Shown: one piece after another, positions 8,285-15,564 of the stretch
Numbering within the stretch: the stretch's first letter is position 1
How the letters are laid out: every line of letters starts with the position of its first letter
Origin: Bdellovibrionales bacterium
Lineage (GTDB): Bacteria; Bdellovibrionota; Bdellovibrionia; Bdellovibrionales; JAEYZS01
Assembly (NCBI GenBank): GCA_031374125.1
Contig: JANMFM010000048.1
Coordinates: 1 to 46,492, forward strand
DNA: 46,492 nucleotides
Direction of reading: 5' to 3'
Made by a program: the position numbers and the translations under genes
The notes under the pieces: generated by a model
The model's input: the letters and a program-made list of their open reading frames with translations, nothing else
What the model was told of the DNA's origin: nothing
Databases searched by the model: none

Positions 8285-8528
8285 AATTCATCAAGCGTGT
8301 ACATTTTACTTGGTTGTATAAAAGTGAGATGTAATAAAACAGTAGAGGGATAGTGATTTAGATTTCTTGATGAATTTTTTATTCATTCGCTAGCATTTTT
8401 TTACAAAAAAACCATTACATCTATTTTATTTAAGCACCCCCTGTTATATTGCATCGATATAAAAATCATTCGGTTTGATAATTTTGGAAATTAATCCAAC
8501 AAAATTTCGAGTGGTGTTGGTACAGGTT

Positions 8529-8681
8529 ATGTTCAAGAGTTTAACTGTAATTCTATTTTTTTTATCCCTTCAGTTTTGTTCCGAGGCTTCTTATGCTATG
8601 AGTTGCCAGGCTCTATTCTCAACAAATAACCCTACTGCAGAATTACCTAATGCTCTAAACTGTTCGATCTATGCAAAATAA
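8529..8681 (+). CDS. short ORF encoding only a signal peptide plus CxxLF tag; probably the detached 5' end of the next ORF
   Basis: The product is MFKSLTVILFFLSLQFCSEASYA|MSCQALFSTNNP..., with a stop after about 27 mature residues. It overlaps the 8671 ORF by 11 nt in a different frame. The start is taken at ATG 8529 rather than the ORF-track 8475. Confidence 0.4.
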   Translation: MFKSLTVILFFLSLQFCSEASYAMSCQALFSTNNPTAELPNALNCSIYAK

Positions 8682-9150
8682 ATTAGCTAGAATTTTAGAT
8701 TCTGCAATCACGGAAGGTATTGAAGCCATCCAAAAATACGATATAAGAAATGAAGCCATCTTGAGAACCATTGAGCTTTATAAATCAGGGTACTTACGAA
8801 AAGTTGATCATATATATTTATCAGATACCGAATTAAAAAATATTTTTGTACAACATGCGACGTTAGAATTAATGCTAGGGGAATTATTTTCTGCGTTATT
8901 CCCACAGTCTAATGTATTTAACAAAATTCAAATGATTATGTGGTACATCCCGATGCGGGAAAATCAAAGGTTTGATTTTTTATTAAGGGCTGTGACTTCG
9001 CAAGACCTTAATCTTCTTCCATACAGAGCGTCTATTAGAGAAACTCTAAACAACGGTTACATAGATCAGGTGATTAGCACAGATGAACATAGTCAGCTTA
9101 TTTATGCTTTAGAATCAAATGCACAAAGAATGTCAAATTTTGGAAATTAA
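8671..9150 (+). CDS. hypothetical protein (no signal peptide, no recognisable domain)
   Basis: The 159-aa ORF has no SD-like sequence ahead of its ATG, and that ATG lies inside the preceding short ORF. Confidence 0.5.
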   Translation: MQNKLARILDSAITEGIEAIQKYDIRNEAILRTIELYKSGYLRKVDHIYLSDTELKNIFVQHATLELMLGELFSALFPQSNVFNKIQMIMWYIPMRENQRFDFLLRAVTSQDLNLLPYRASIRETLNNGYIDQVISTDEHSQLIYALESNAQRMSNFGN

Positions 9151-9163
9151 TAATTTAAAAATC

Positions 9164-9185
9164 GCGCTTTAATGTAAAAAAGCGC
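9164..9185. terminator. hairpin between convergent genes (candidate terminator)
   Basis: GCGCTTT (9164-9170) pairs with AAAGCGC (9179-9185), giving a 7-bp stem and 8-nt loop. It has no strong T-tract. Confidence 0.35.
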
Positions 9186-9281
9186 TAATTCGCGCCGGAG
9201 AGTTCGTAACAACGGATTTTCTTAAAGCACTTCCCCAAATTTCGTTAACAAAATAACTAATTAAATATTTTTTTGATGATG

Positions 9282-10265
9282 TTATTTTTTTTCGGCGAGT
9301 TGTCGGGGACGGTCTTTGATTTCATAATTTATGAAAACATTGAGACCTTTCTCCATTTGACCGAAGTACACTGGAGCCATTTTGTAGTCGATGGTTGGAA
9401 GCTCAACAGTAATAGTTGGGATTCCTTTGTACCTGCCAGCGTAATTTCCTAAACTTCCAGGAAATGTTCCGTAAGCGTAGAAGTTTAAGCCCGTCGCAGA
9501 TTTATCGAGTTGTTGCCTTAGAAGATCACAAGACTTTACATAAGTTTCTGTAAATTTCTTTGCAGCTTCACTATCTATACCACTGAGAGGTCCATCAAAA
9601 TCCAAATGATTGAGAGGTGAGTGGACACTTAAGATTTTTGCTGGTTTAAATTCTTCGATAAGCCATTTTTGGAATTCTATTTCTGGCTCGGAGGCCGCTT
9701 TGTCGCCAGGGAAATAGCGTCTTTGAGAACCGTACTTTGTTTTCCAAATTTTTTGCGCTTGTTCGCCCCATTCAGGAGTGTCGAAGTTTCTATTGAGATC
9801 CACTTTATTATAGTTTGTTCTAGTTCCAGTAGTATACCTCAAGAATCCATCAGGATTCACAATTGGAGCGACAACTATAAAGGATTTTTCACAAAGCTCT
9901 GGTCTTGCCTTAAGCCATTCCACTACGCGAAAACCAAAATAAACAGGCGTAATTTCGTCGCCATGAACTGCGGACAGAATAAGCGAAGTATTTTCGTTCT
10001 CAGGCTTTCCGCAAGTCCAATAAACCAAGGGGCGTCCATAAACAGAATGCCCTTTTTCTCTCCATCCAGCTTTTGGGAAAAAGCTTAAATCCCAATTCCA
10101 TTTTTTACCCTCAATACGTCCTCTGATTTCTTCCATCATCTCTTCAGAAGAGACTTTTTTGGCCTGGAAAAAGTTAGGGGCAGTCGTCTTTTGCTCAGCG
10201 TAAAGATTGCTAGCATTTATCAATGTAAATGTTAATAATGTAGATATAATAAATGTGAATTTCAT
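9282..10265 (-). CDS. M14-family zinc carboxypeptidase (MpaA / murein-peptide amidase-like), exported
   Basis: It has the zinc-binding motif SAVHGDE, then PIVNPDG and VDLNRNF. The signal peptide is MKFTFIISTLLTFTLINASNLYA. I moved the start from 10343 to ATG 10265. Confidence 0.8.
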   Translation of the reverse strand: MKFTFIISTLLTFTLINASNLYAEQKTTAPNFFQAKKVSSEEMMEEIRGRIEGKKWNWDLSFFPKAGWREKGHSVYGRPLVYWTCGKPENENTSLILSAVHGDEITPVYFGFRVVEWLKARPELCEKSFIVVAPIVNPDGFLRYTTGTRTNYNKVDLNRNFDTPEWGEQAQKIWKTKYGSQRRYFPGDKAASEPEIEFQKWLIEEFKPAKILSVHSPLNHLDFDGPLSGIDSEAAKKFTETYVKSCDLLRQQLDKSATGLNFYAYGTFPGSLGNYAGRYKGIPTITVELPTIDYKMAPVYFGQMEKGLNVFINYEIKDRPRQLAEKK

Positions 10266-10317
10266 AGGCATCTCTAAATTTGACATGTCTAGAGTCATAC
10301 TTGCAAGGATTTTAAAT

Positions 10318-10800
10318 ATGTTTACGGCATTTTTTGAGAGCATAAAATATGTAGGACATTTGTATCCTGTTGCTTTCTTAAGAATTTTTTTAGGTTACTA
10401 TTGGCTTAACCAGGCATTAACAGAATATCAAACTGGACTTTTTACCTCGCAAGTATTCATCGACCAGGTCCAATCTTCAGATTATGTCTATAGTTTTCCG
10501 ACATGGTACAAATGGCTATTTGAGCATCTTGCTTATCCATACTGGTCGATGATGAGCCATGGCATTTTAACCGTGAGCTTCCTCGTAGGCCTTTCGTTAC
10601 TCATTGGATTTATGGTAAGGCCGTTTGGAATCATAGGAATTTTAATTTCATTTCATTATGTGATTTTTGGAGTAGGGTATCAGAACTTATTGTATTCAAC
10701 GTTTGTCGCAATATTTGTAACCATCGTGGCAATTGGAGCCGGTCGCTGCGTTGGCTTTGATTACTATTTCTACAAAAGGAATCGCGGCATTTGGTGGTAG
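10318..10800 (+). CDS. DoxX-family integral membrane protein
   Basis: It has four hydrophobic segments and the C-terminal motif AIGAGRCVGFD typical of DoxX/DoxD-like proteins. The start could be ATG 10318 or 10285. The ORF-track start at 10207 overlaps the divergent peptidase gene. Confidence 0.6.
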   Translation: MFTAFFESIKYVGHLYPVAFLRIFLGYYWLNQALTEYQTGLFTSQVFIDQVQSSDYVYSFPTWYKWLFEHLAYPYWSMMSHGILTVSFLVGLSLLIGFMVRPFGIIGILISFHYVIFGVGYQNLLYSTFVAIFVTIVAIGAGRCVGFDYYFYKRNRGIWW

Positions 10801-10801
10801 T

Positions 10802-11818
10802 ATGATTAAAAGATTTTTTTCCATATTCGTTCCCATAGCATTACTGGTCTCCATTTATATTTACCTTTACGAAGAAGATTCGCCCAAGGAACAGGGAGCT
10901 GTCGTTGTTTACACGTACTCTTCATTCGCAAGCTCTTGGGGGCCGGGTCCTGAGCTTCAGAAAATTTTTAAAGAAAAAACAGGATACAATGTCGAATTCA
11001 CAGATGTGGGTGAGGCTGGCATCATTATCCAAAGAATTTTACTGGAAAAAGAAAAAACAAAAGCCGATGTTGTTCTAGGGCTGGATCAGTACCAATTGCA
11101 AAACACAGTTATCACAGACTTATTCACACAACCTCCCGAGCCTAGTTATAAACTTGATGAGTCAACTCCTAAGAAAATTCAACAAGGCCCATTTCTGGCA
11201 TACAATTGGTCCCCTATGACATTCATCTACAGAACTTCTGACAGGAATTCGCTTCCCAAAAAACTAGATGATTTTTTATCTCCAAAATTTAAAGGAAAAA
11301 TAATTTTATTGGACCCAAGAACCAGTTCTCCTGGTTATATATTTTTCCACTGGATTGTTCAAAAATATGGAGTTGAAGGGGCAAAGAATTTTTTAAATCA
11401 AATTAAAAAAAATATTTACACCGTAACTCCTTCGTGGAGTGCAGGCTACGGACTCTTTAAGAAAAAACAATCTCAATATGTTTTCTCTTATTTGACTTCG
11501 CCGGCTTATCATTGGGTAGAAGAAAGTGATTTTGATTACCAACCACTCTACCTCGAAGAAGAGCTTCCATATCATATCGAATATGCCGGAATTTTAAAAT
11601 CGACAAAGAATAAACCCGCAGCAGAAAAATTTCTAGAATTTATTTTTTCTCCAGAAGCTCAAGAAATAATCATGAATAAAAACTATATGCTTCCCGTAGT
11701 TGCTGAGGTTCAAAAAAATTCAGAATACGAAAAACTAAAGAAAGTAAAATTATTTGAGTCAGATAAAATCATTTCTAGAGACGAAGTTATTGAGACTTGG
11801 AAATCGGCTTCATGGTAA
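10802..11818 (+). CDS. thiB: thiamine ABC transporter periplasmic binding protein
   Basis: It aligns closely by eye to E. coli TbpA: VVVYTYSSFASSWGPGP, KADVVLGLD, LLDPRTSSPG, SWSAGYGLF and SYLTSPAYH. The start at ATG 10802 is followed by a signal/anchor segment. Confidence 0.88.
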   Translation: MIKRFFSIFVPIALLVSIYIYLYEEDSPKEQGAVVVYTYSSFASSWGPGPELQKIFKEKTGYNVEFTDVGEAGIIIQRILLEKEKTKADVVLGLDQYQLQNTVITDLFTQPPEPSYKLDESTPKKIQQGPFLAYNWSPMTFIYRTSDRNSLPKKLDDFLSPKFKGKIILLDPRTSSPGYIFFHWIVQKYGVEGAKNFLNQIKKNIYTVTPSWSAGYGLFKKKQSQYVFSYLTSPAYHWVEESDFDYQPLYLEEELPYHIEYAGILKSTKNKPAAEKFLEFIFSPEAQEIIMNKNYMLPVVAEVQKNSEYEKLKKVKLFESDKIISRDEVIETWKSASW

Positions 11819-13230
11819 AGAACTTCTTAGTAGGTTTATTTTTCTTGGTATTGATTACGCCTTATCTATTGCTTTTTAAAGACTTACATTTCGTATCTAT
11901 AGATTTAAAAGAGTTGGGAGAAGCATTTACAAATACACTTCAGCAGTCCTTCGCGAGTTCTGCGGTTACAATTTTATTAGGTCTCATTGGTGCCTTGGGG
12001 TTGTGTTGTTTTCAGGGAAGTAAAAAATTAAAATACTTTGAGCTTTTGTGTCTCATACCCTCCTTTGTTCCAACATTGTTTTTTGTAACTTCAATTTTGC
12101 AAATAATAAAACCATTTCCTTTTGGGATTACGGGCATTGTACTCACACATACTTTAATGTACACGGGATTAGCTGCTTTATTTTATCAATCTATTTTTCA
12201 AAGTAAATTTCAAAAGCTCAGTGAGCTTGCATATCTAGAGGGCGCTTCGAAATTTCAGTTCTTCCGCGCAGTATTAAAAAATCTTTCATTTGAAACGGTG
12301 ATGATTTTTTTATTTTTATTTGTACAATTCTTCACGAGTTTCTCGATTCCACTTTTGGTGGGACATCAAGACCTCACGGTGGAGACTTTAATCTATGAAA
12401 AAATTCGAACTACAGGCTCTCTGCCGGATGCAGTATTTATTAGCTTCTTGGAGTCTATATTTATAGTGATTATGCTTTTACTTTATAGAGCACAAAAAGG
12501 ATTGGCATCATCAAAATCTTACGAAAAGATCAGATTGCTCAGTTGGAAACCGGGATTAATTGCAGTGACCATGCCCGTGGCATTGTATCTGGGCGGGTCA
12601 CTCGTTGGGTCTGCAATGGGAATTAAACAACTCATGCAGAATGAAAATGCTTTTCAAGAAATTTTCCCTCTGGCTTTAAAAAGTGTTTCGCTATCTTTAG
12701 CGACAGGCTTAGCTCTGCTTACAGGTTTAAGTCTTTTAACTTTTGTTTACCGCAATCGATTATTTGATAGGTTTTTGCTCAGTTACATTCCCCTGAGTAC
12801 AGTCCTTATTGGGTTGAGTCTTTTGCTCGTAGATTTTATGGCAGACGATATAAAAGTTATATTTGCAATGCTTATCATTTTTTTGCCTGTGCTTTATAGA
12901 TTCCAACTCAAAACTAAGCTTTCGGATTTAGAAGGTCAAATTGAAGTAGCGAGCTTAATGGGTTCCACGCGATTTTTAACTTTCAAAAAAATTATATTCC
13001 CTCAAGTCTTACCGTCTATTTTATTTTTGTCAGGCCTCGGAGCATTTTGGACAATCGGAGATTTTGCGATCTCTCAAATCATATACGGAAAAAATGTAAC
13101 GCTGGCATTGCATATCCACAGTTTGGTGGGATCCTACAGGTTAGAGCTGGCTAATTTATTTGTATTTTTACTTTTATTTTTGGGGCTAATTGTTTTCACA
13201 CTATTTAAAAAGATAGGCTTAAGAGAATAG
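11812..13230 (+). CDS. thiP: thiamine ABC transporter permease (duplicated MetI-type)
   Basis: It is a roughly 12-TM polytopic protein immediately after thiB. Its start overlaps the thiB stop (ATGGTAA), indicating translational coupling. Confidence 0.8.
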   Translation: MVKNFLVGLFFLVLITPYLLLFKDLHFVSIDLKELGEAFTNTLQQSFASSAVTILLGLIGALGLCCFQGSKKLKYFELLCLIPSFVPTLFFVTSILQIIKPFPFGITGIVLTHTLMYTGLAALFYQSIFQSKFQKLSELAYLEGASKFQFFRAVLKNLSFETVMIFLFLFVQFFTSFSIPLLVGHQDLTVETLIYEKIRTTGSLPDAVFISFLESIFIVIMLLLYRAQKGLASSKSYEKIRLLSWKPGLIAVTMPVALYLGGSLVGSAMGIKQLMQNENAFQEIFPLALKSVSLSLATGLALLTGLSLLTFVYRNRLFDRFLLSYIPLSTVLIGLSLLLVDFMADDIKVIFAMLIIFLPVLYRFQLKTKLSDLEGQIEVASLMGSTRFLTFKKIIFPQVLPSILFLSGLGAFWTIGDFAISQIIYGKNVTLALHIHSLVGSYRLELANLFVFLLLFLGLIVFTLFKKIGLRE

Positions 13231-13247
13231 GCTTAGAGAGATGAAAT

Positions 13248-13931
13248 ATGTCGTTAGTAAAAAAAATTGATATAAAATTTGATAATTTCCATTTGCTTGT
13301 TGATCAACTTGAAATTCCGGATCAAGGCATTACGCTTATCCAAGGTCCATCAGGATCTGGAAAAACAACTTTCTTGAGAATGCTTATGGGGCTTGATCAA
13401 TCCCACCGCAAGAATAAAGATTTTGAATGGACTTTTAAAGGTGAAGACCTCGCAAAGATATCTCCTCAAAACCGAAAACTGGGTGTCGTGTTTCAAGGCG
13501 GGGAATTGTTTCCACATATGACAGTGAAAGAAAATATTTTATTTCATGCTATTGCTAGAAAAATTCCAGAAAAAACGTATGCCAAGATGTTAGATCTTTA
13601 CGTGAAGATTGCAAAAATGGAAGATAAGCTAAATCAAAAAGCATCTACCCTTTCTGGCGGAGAAAAACAGAGAGTCGCACTTCTTCGTGCTCTTATAGGG
13701 CAGCCCAAAATCCTACTTCTTGACGAGCCATTCTCAGCCCTTGATCCAGTTCTCAAAAAAGATTTAAAAGAGTTTCTCAAAGAAATTGTTAAGATTGATT
13801 CACAACCTTGCCTTATAGTCAGTCACGATGAAAAGGATGCTGAAGATCTTGCAGATTATGTTATTATTTTTGAGAACGGAAAAATTAAAAAAACCTACTC
13901 TAAAATCTCCAAAGGAGGAGCGAATGTTTAA
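13248..13931 (+). CDS. thiQ: thiamine ABC transporter ATP-binding protein
   Basis: It has Walker A GPSGSGKTT, the signature LSGGEKQRVAL and Walker B LLLDEPFSALD, and it sits after thiP. Confidence 0.85.
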   Translation: MSLVKKIDIKFDNFHLLVDQLEIPDQGITLIQGPSGSGKTTFLRMLMGLDQSHRKNKDFEWTFKGEDLAKISPQNRKLGVVFQGGELFPHMTVKENILFHAIARKIPEKTYAKMLDLYVKIAKMEDKLNQKASTLSGGEKQRVALLRALIGQPKILLLDEPFSALDPVLKKDLKEFLKEIVKIDSQPCLIVSHDEKDAEDLADYVIIFENGKIKKTYSKISKGGANV

Positions 13932-14439
13932 AAATATTATACTCAGTTTGATGGCAGTTTTATTTGTATCATCAACAGCAAGTGCTACGATTATTTTTAA
14001 TCCTTCAATATTTTATTATACAAGAGATGAAAAGCAAGGATCGACAACAAACACAGAATTCAATCAGCAAATTATCAATTTGAAATTGGGGTACACTTCA
14101 GGTCAAGGTTTGTACCTGGGTGTTGCTTACGATATGGAAAGCCGTGAATACGGAAGCGGAGCTACAGATCAAGACAGAGATTCTTTGGGTGCAACAATTG
14201 GCTATGTAAGTGGCGGATGGCAGCTTCTGGGAACTTATTATTTCCAGTCGGAATTAGAAGATTATGAAGGAACAGGTTATGTGATCGATATTGGATATAT
14301 ATTCAATGTAGGTAGCATAGGAATCGGCCCACTGCTCAGCTACCGACACTGGGAATACGACGAAGAAAACGGAGCAAGTGTCACATCTCTAGAACACAAC
14401 AACGTCCTCCCCTCAGTACAATTCCAATTCACCTTCTAA
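13924..14439 (+). CDS. small outer-membrane beta-barrel protein (171 aa)
   Basis: The signal peptide is MFKNIILSLMAVLFVSSTASA. It has alternating amphipathic beta-strand patterns (GLYLGVAYDM, WQLLGTYYFQ, GYVIDIGYIF) and a C-terminal OMP beta-signal ending QFQFTF. Its ATG overlaps the thiQ stop (ATGTTTAA). Confidence 0.7.
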   Translation: MFKNIILSLMAVLFVSSTASATIIFNPSIFYYTRDEKQGSTTNTEFNQQIINLKLGYTSGQGLYLGVAYDMESREYGSGATDQDRDSLGATIGYVSGGWQLLGTYYFQSELEDYEGTGYVIDIGYIFNVGSIGIGPLLSYRHWEYDEENGASVTSLEHNNVLPSVQFQFTF

Positions 14440-14458
14440 AAGGTGAGCCGCACCTTTT
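14438..14458. terminator. hairpin terminator between convergent genes
   Basis: AAAAGGTG-agccg-CACCTTTT forms a perfect 8-bp stem with a 5-nt loop. It starts inside the stop codon of the OMP gene. Confidence 0.6.
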
Positions 14459-14493
14459 CCAAAGGTTTGCGTCACAAAGTAAGGTGTTGAGTA

Positions 14494-15483
14494 TTACCAA
14501 AATTTCGATTTTATTTTTTCGGGGATAAAGCAGGCTTCGTAGGCCATTTGGCTGCAGCGATTGAAGTCTTCGAGTTTAAATCCGTGAAGATCTTTGAGAA
14601 CTTCGTAATCATCAAGCAATGTTGTTCCAAAAATTCCTGGATCATCGGAGTTGATCGAAATTTTCACTCCTTCATTCATCAGCATCTTTAAAGGATGTTT
14701 AGAAAGGTCTGGAATCGCATTCGTTAAGTAGTTGCTGATCGGACAAAGCTCCAGAGTCACTCCGTTTTCTTTAACAAAGTTGATCATTTCTTTGCTTTTA
14801 TAAATTTGGACACCGTGACCGATTCTTTCTGCATGCAAAAAATCAATCGCGTCCTTAACAAAAAATTCTCCACCGGGAATTTCCCCAGAGTGTACGGTAA
14901 TATGCAATCCTGCTTTTTTGGCTTTCAAAAACAACGGTGCAAAAGGTTTGCAATCAAATCCTTCTTCGTTGTCCGCAAGATCGATAGCAACAAAAGATTC
15001 TTTGTTCTCAATAATAAAGTCTGCAGACTTTTCTGCTTCTGGAACAGGTTGGATTCTTCCGAGAATTCCAATCATACCCACGGCCATCGGAAAAGTTTTC
15101 TGCGCACGCTCCACACCTTTCATAATGCTTCGATGAATTTTTTCGAATGTCATTTTAGGATGGTTAGTAGATGCAAAACTTGGTGAATATCTAAGTTCTA
15201 ATAAAACAATTCCTTCATTAAAAGCATCCTCGCAGGCTTCGAAGCCTAAGCGTTCCCAAACCTCTTCAGAATCCAACACAGATTGCGTGGTCCAAAATTT
15301 ATCCAAAACAGATTTGAGGTCTTTCATTGGGGAGTGCACGACTAGCGCATCATGCAACTTCTTGTAGTCGTTAAAGGGCAAATCTAGTTTTTTGTTCTTC
15401 GTTAATTCGATTAGAGTCGAAAAACGCACAGCGCCTTCGAGGTGACGGTGAAGCTCAACTTTGGGTATATTTCGTAAGTTCAT
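14494..15483 (-). CDS. add: adenosine deaminase
   Basis: It has the metal-binding motifs HRHLEGA, HAERIGHG and SINSDDP. Confidence 0.9.
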   Translation of the reverse strand: MNLRNIPKVELHRHLEGAVRFSTLIELTKNKKLDLPFNDYKKLHDALVVHSPMKDLKSVLDKFWTTQSVLDSEEVWERLGFEACEDAFNEGIVLLELRYSPSFASTNHPKMTFEKIHRSIMKGVERAQKTFPMAVGMIGILGRIQPVPEAEKSADFIIENKESFVAIDLADNEEGFDCKPFAPLFLKAKKAGLHITVHSGEIPGGEFFVKDAIDFLHAERIGHGVQIYKSKEMINFVKENGVTLELCPISNYLTNAIPDLSKHPLKMLMNEGVKISINSDDPGIFGTTLLDDYEVLKDLHGFKLEDFNRCSQMAYEACFIPEKIKSKFW

Positions 15484-15564
15484 GCGATTTCCTTTTATGC
15501 TCTACAGTATTACGCAAAATTCTTTGAAAGTCTTGACCAAGAGTAGCAAAAATCGGACAACTTA

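Noticed and set aside
4238-8905. Antisense or overlapping short ORFs occur within the cassette: 4238..4456 (-), 4553..4762 (-), 5937..6329 (-), 7682..7951 (-) and 8708..8905 (-).
   Set aside because: All are embedded opposite longer + strand ORFs that show signal peptides or domains. None has an RBS or any recognisable feature. ORF 4553..4762 spans the in-frame-stop junction and is noted only for that reason.
9669-10317. ORF 9669..10088 (+) was considered, as were the long N-terminal extensions of the 10207 and 10343 ORFs.
   Set aside because: ORF 9669 is antisense to the M14 peptidase gene. The extensions make the divergent peptidase and DoxX genes overlap head-to-head and precede obvious signal-peptide or TM starts, so downstream ATGs were preferred.
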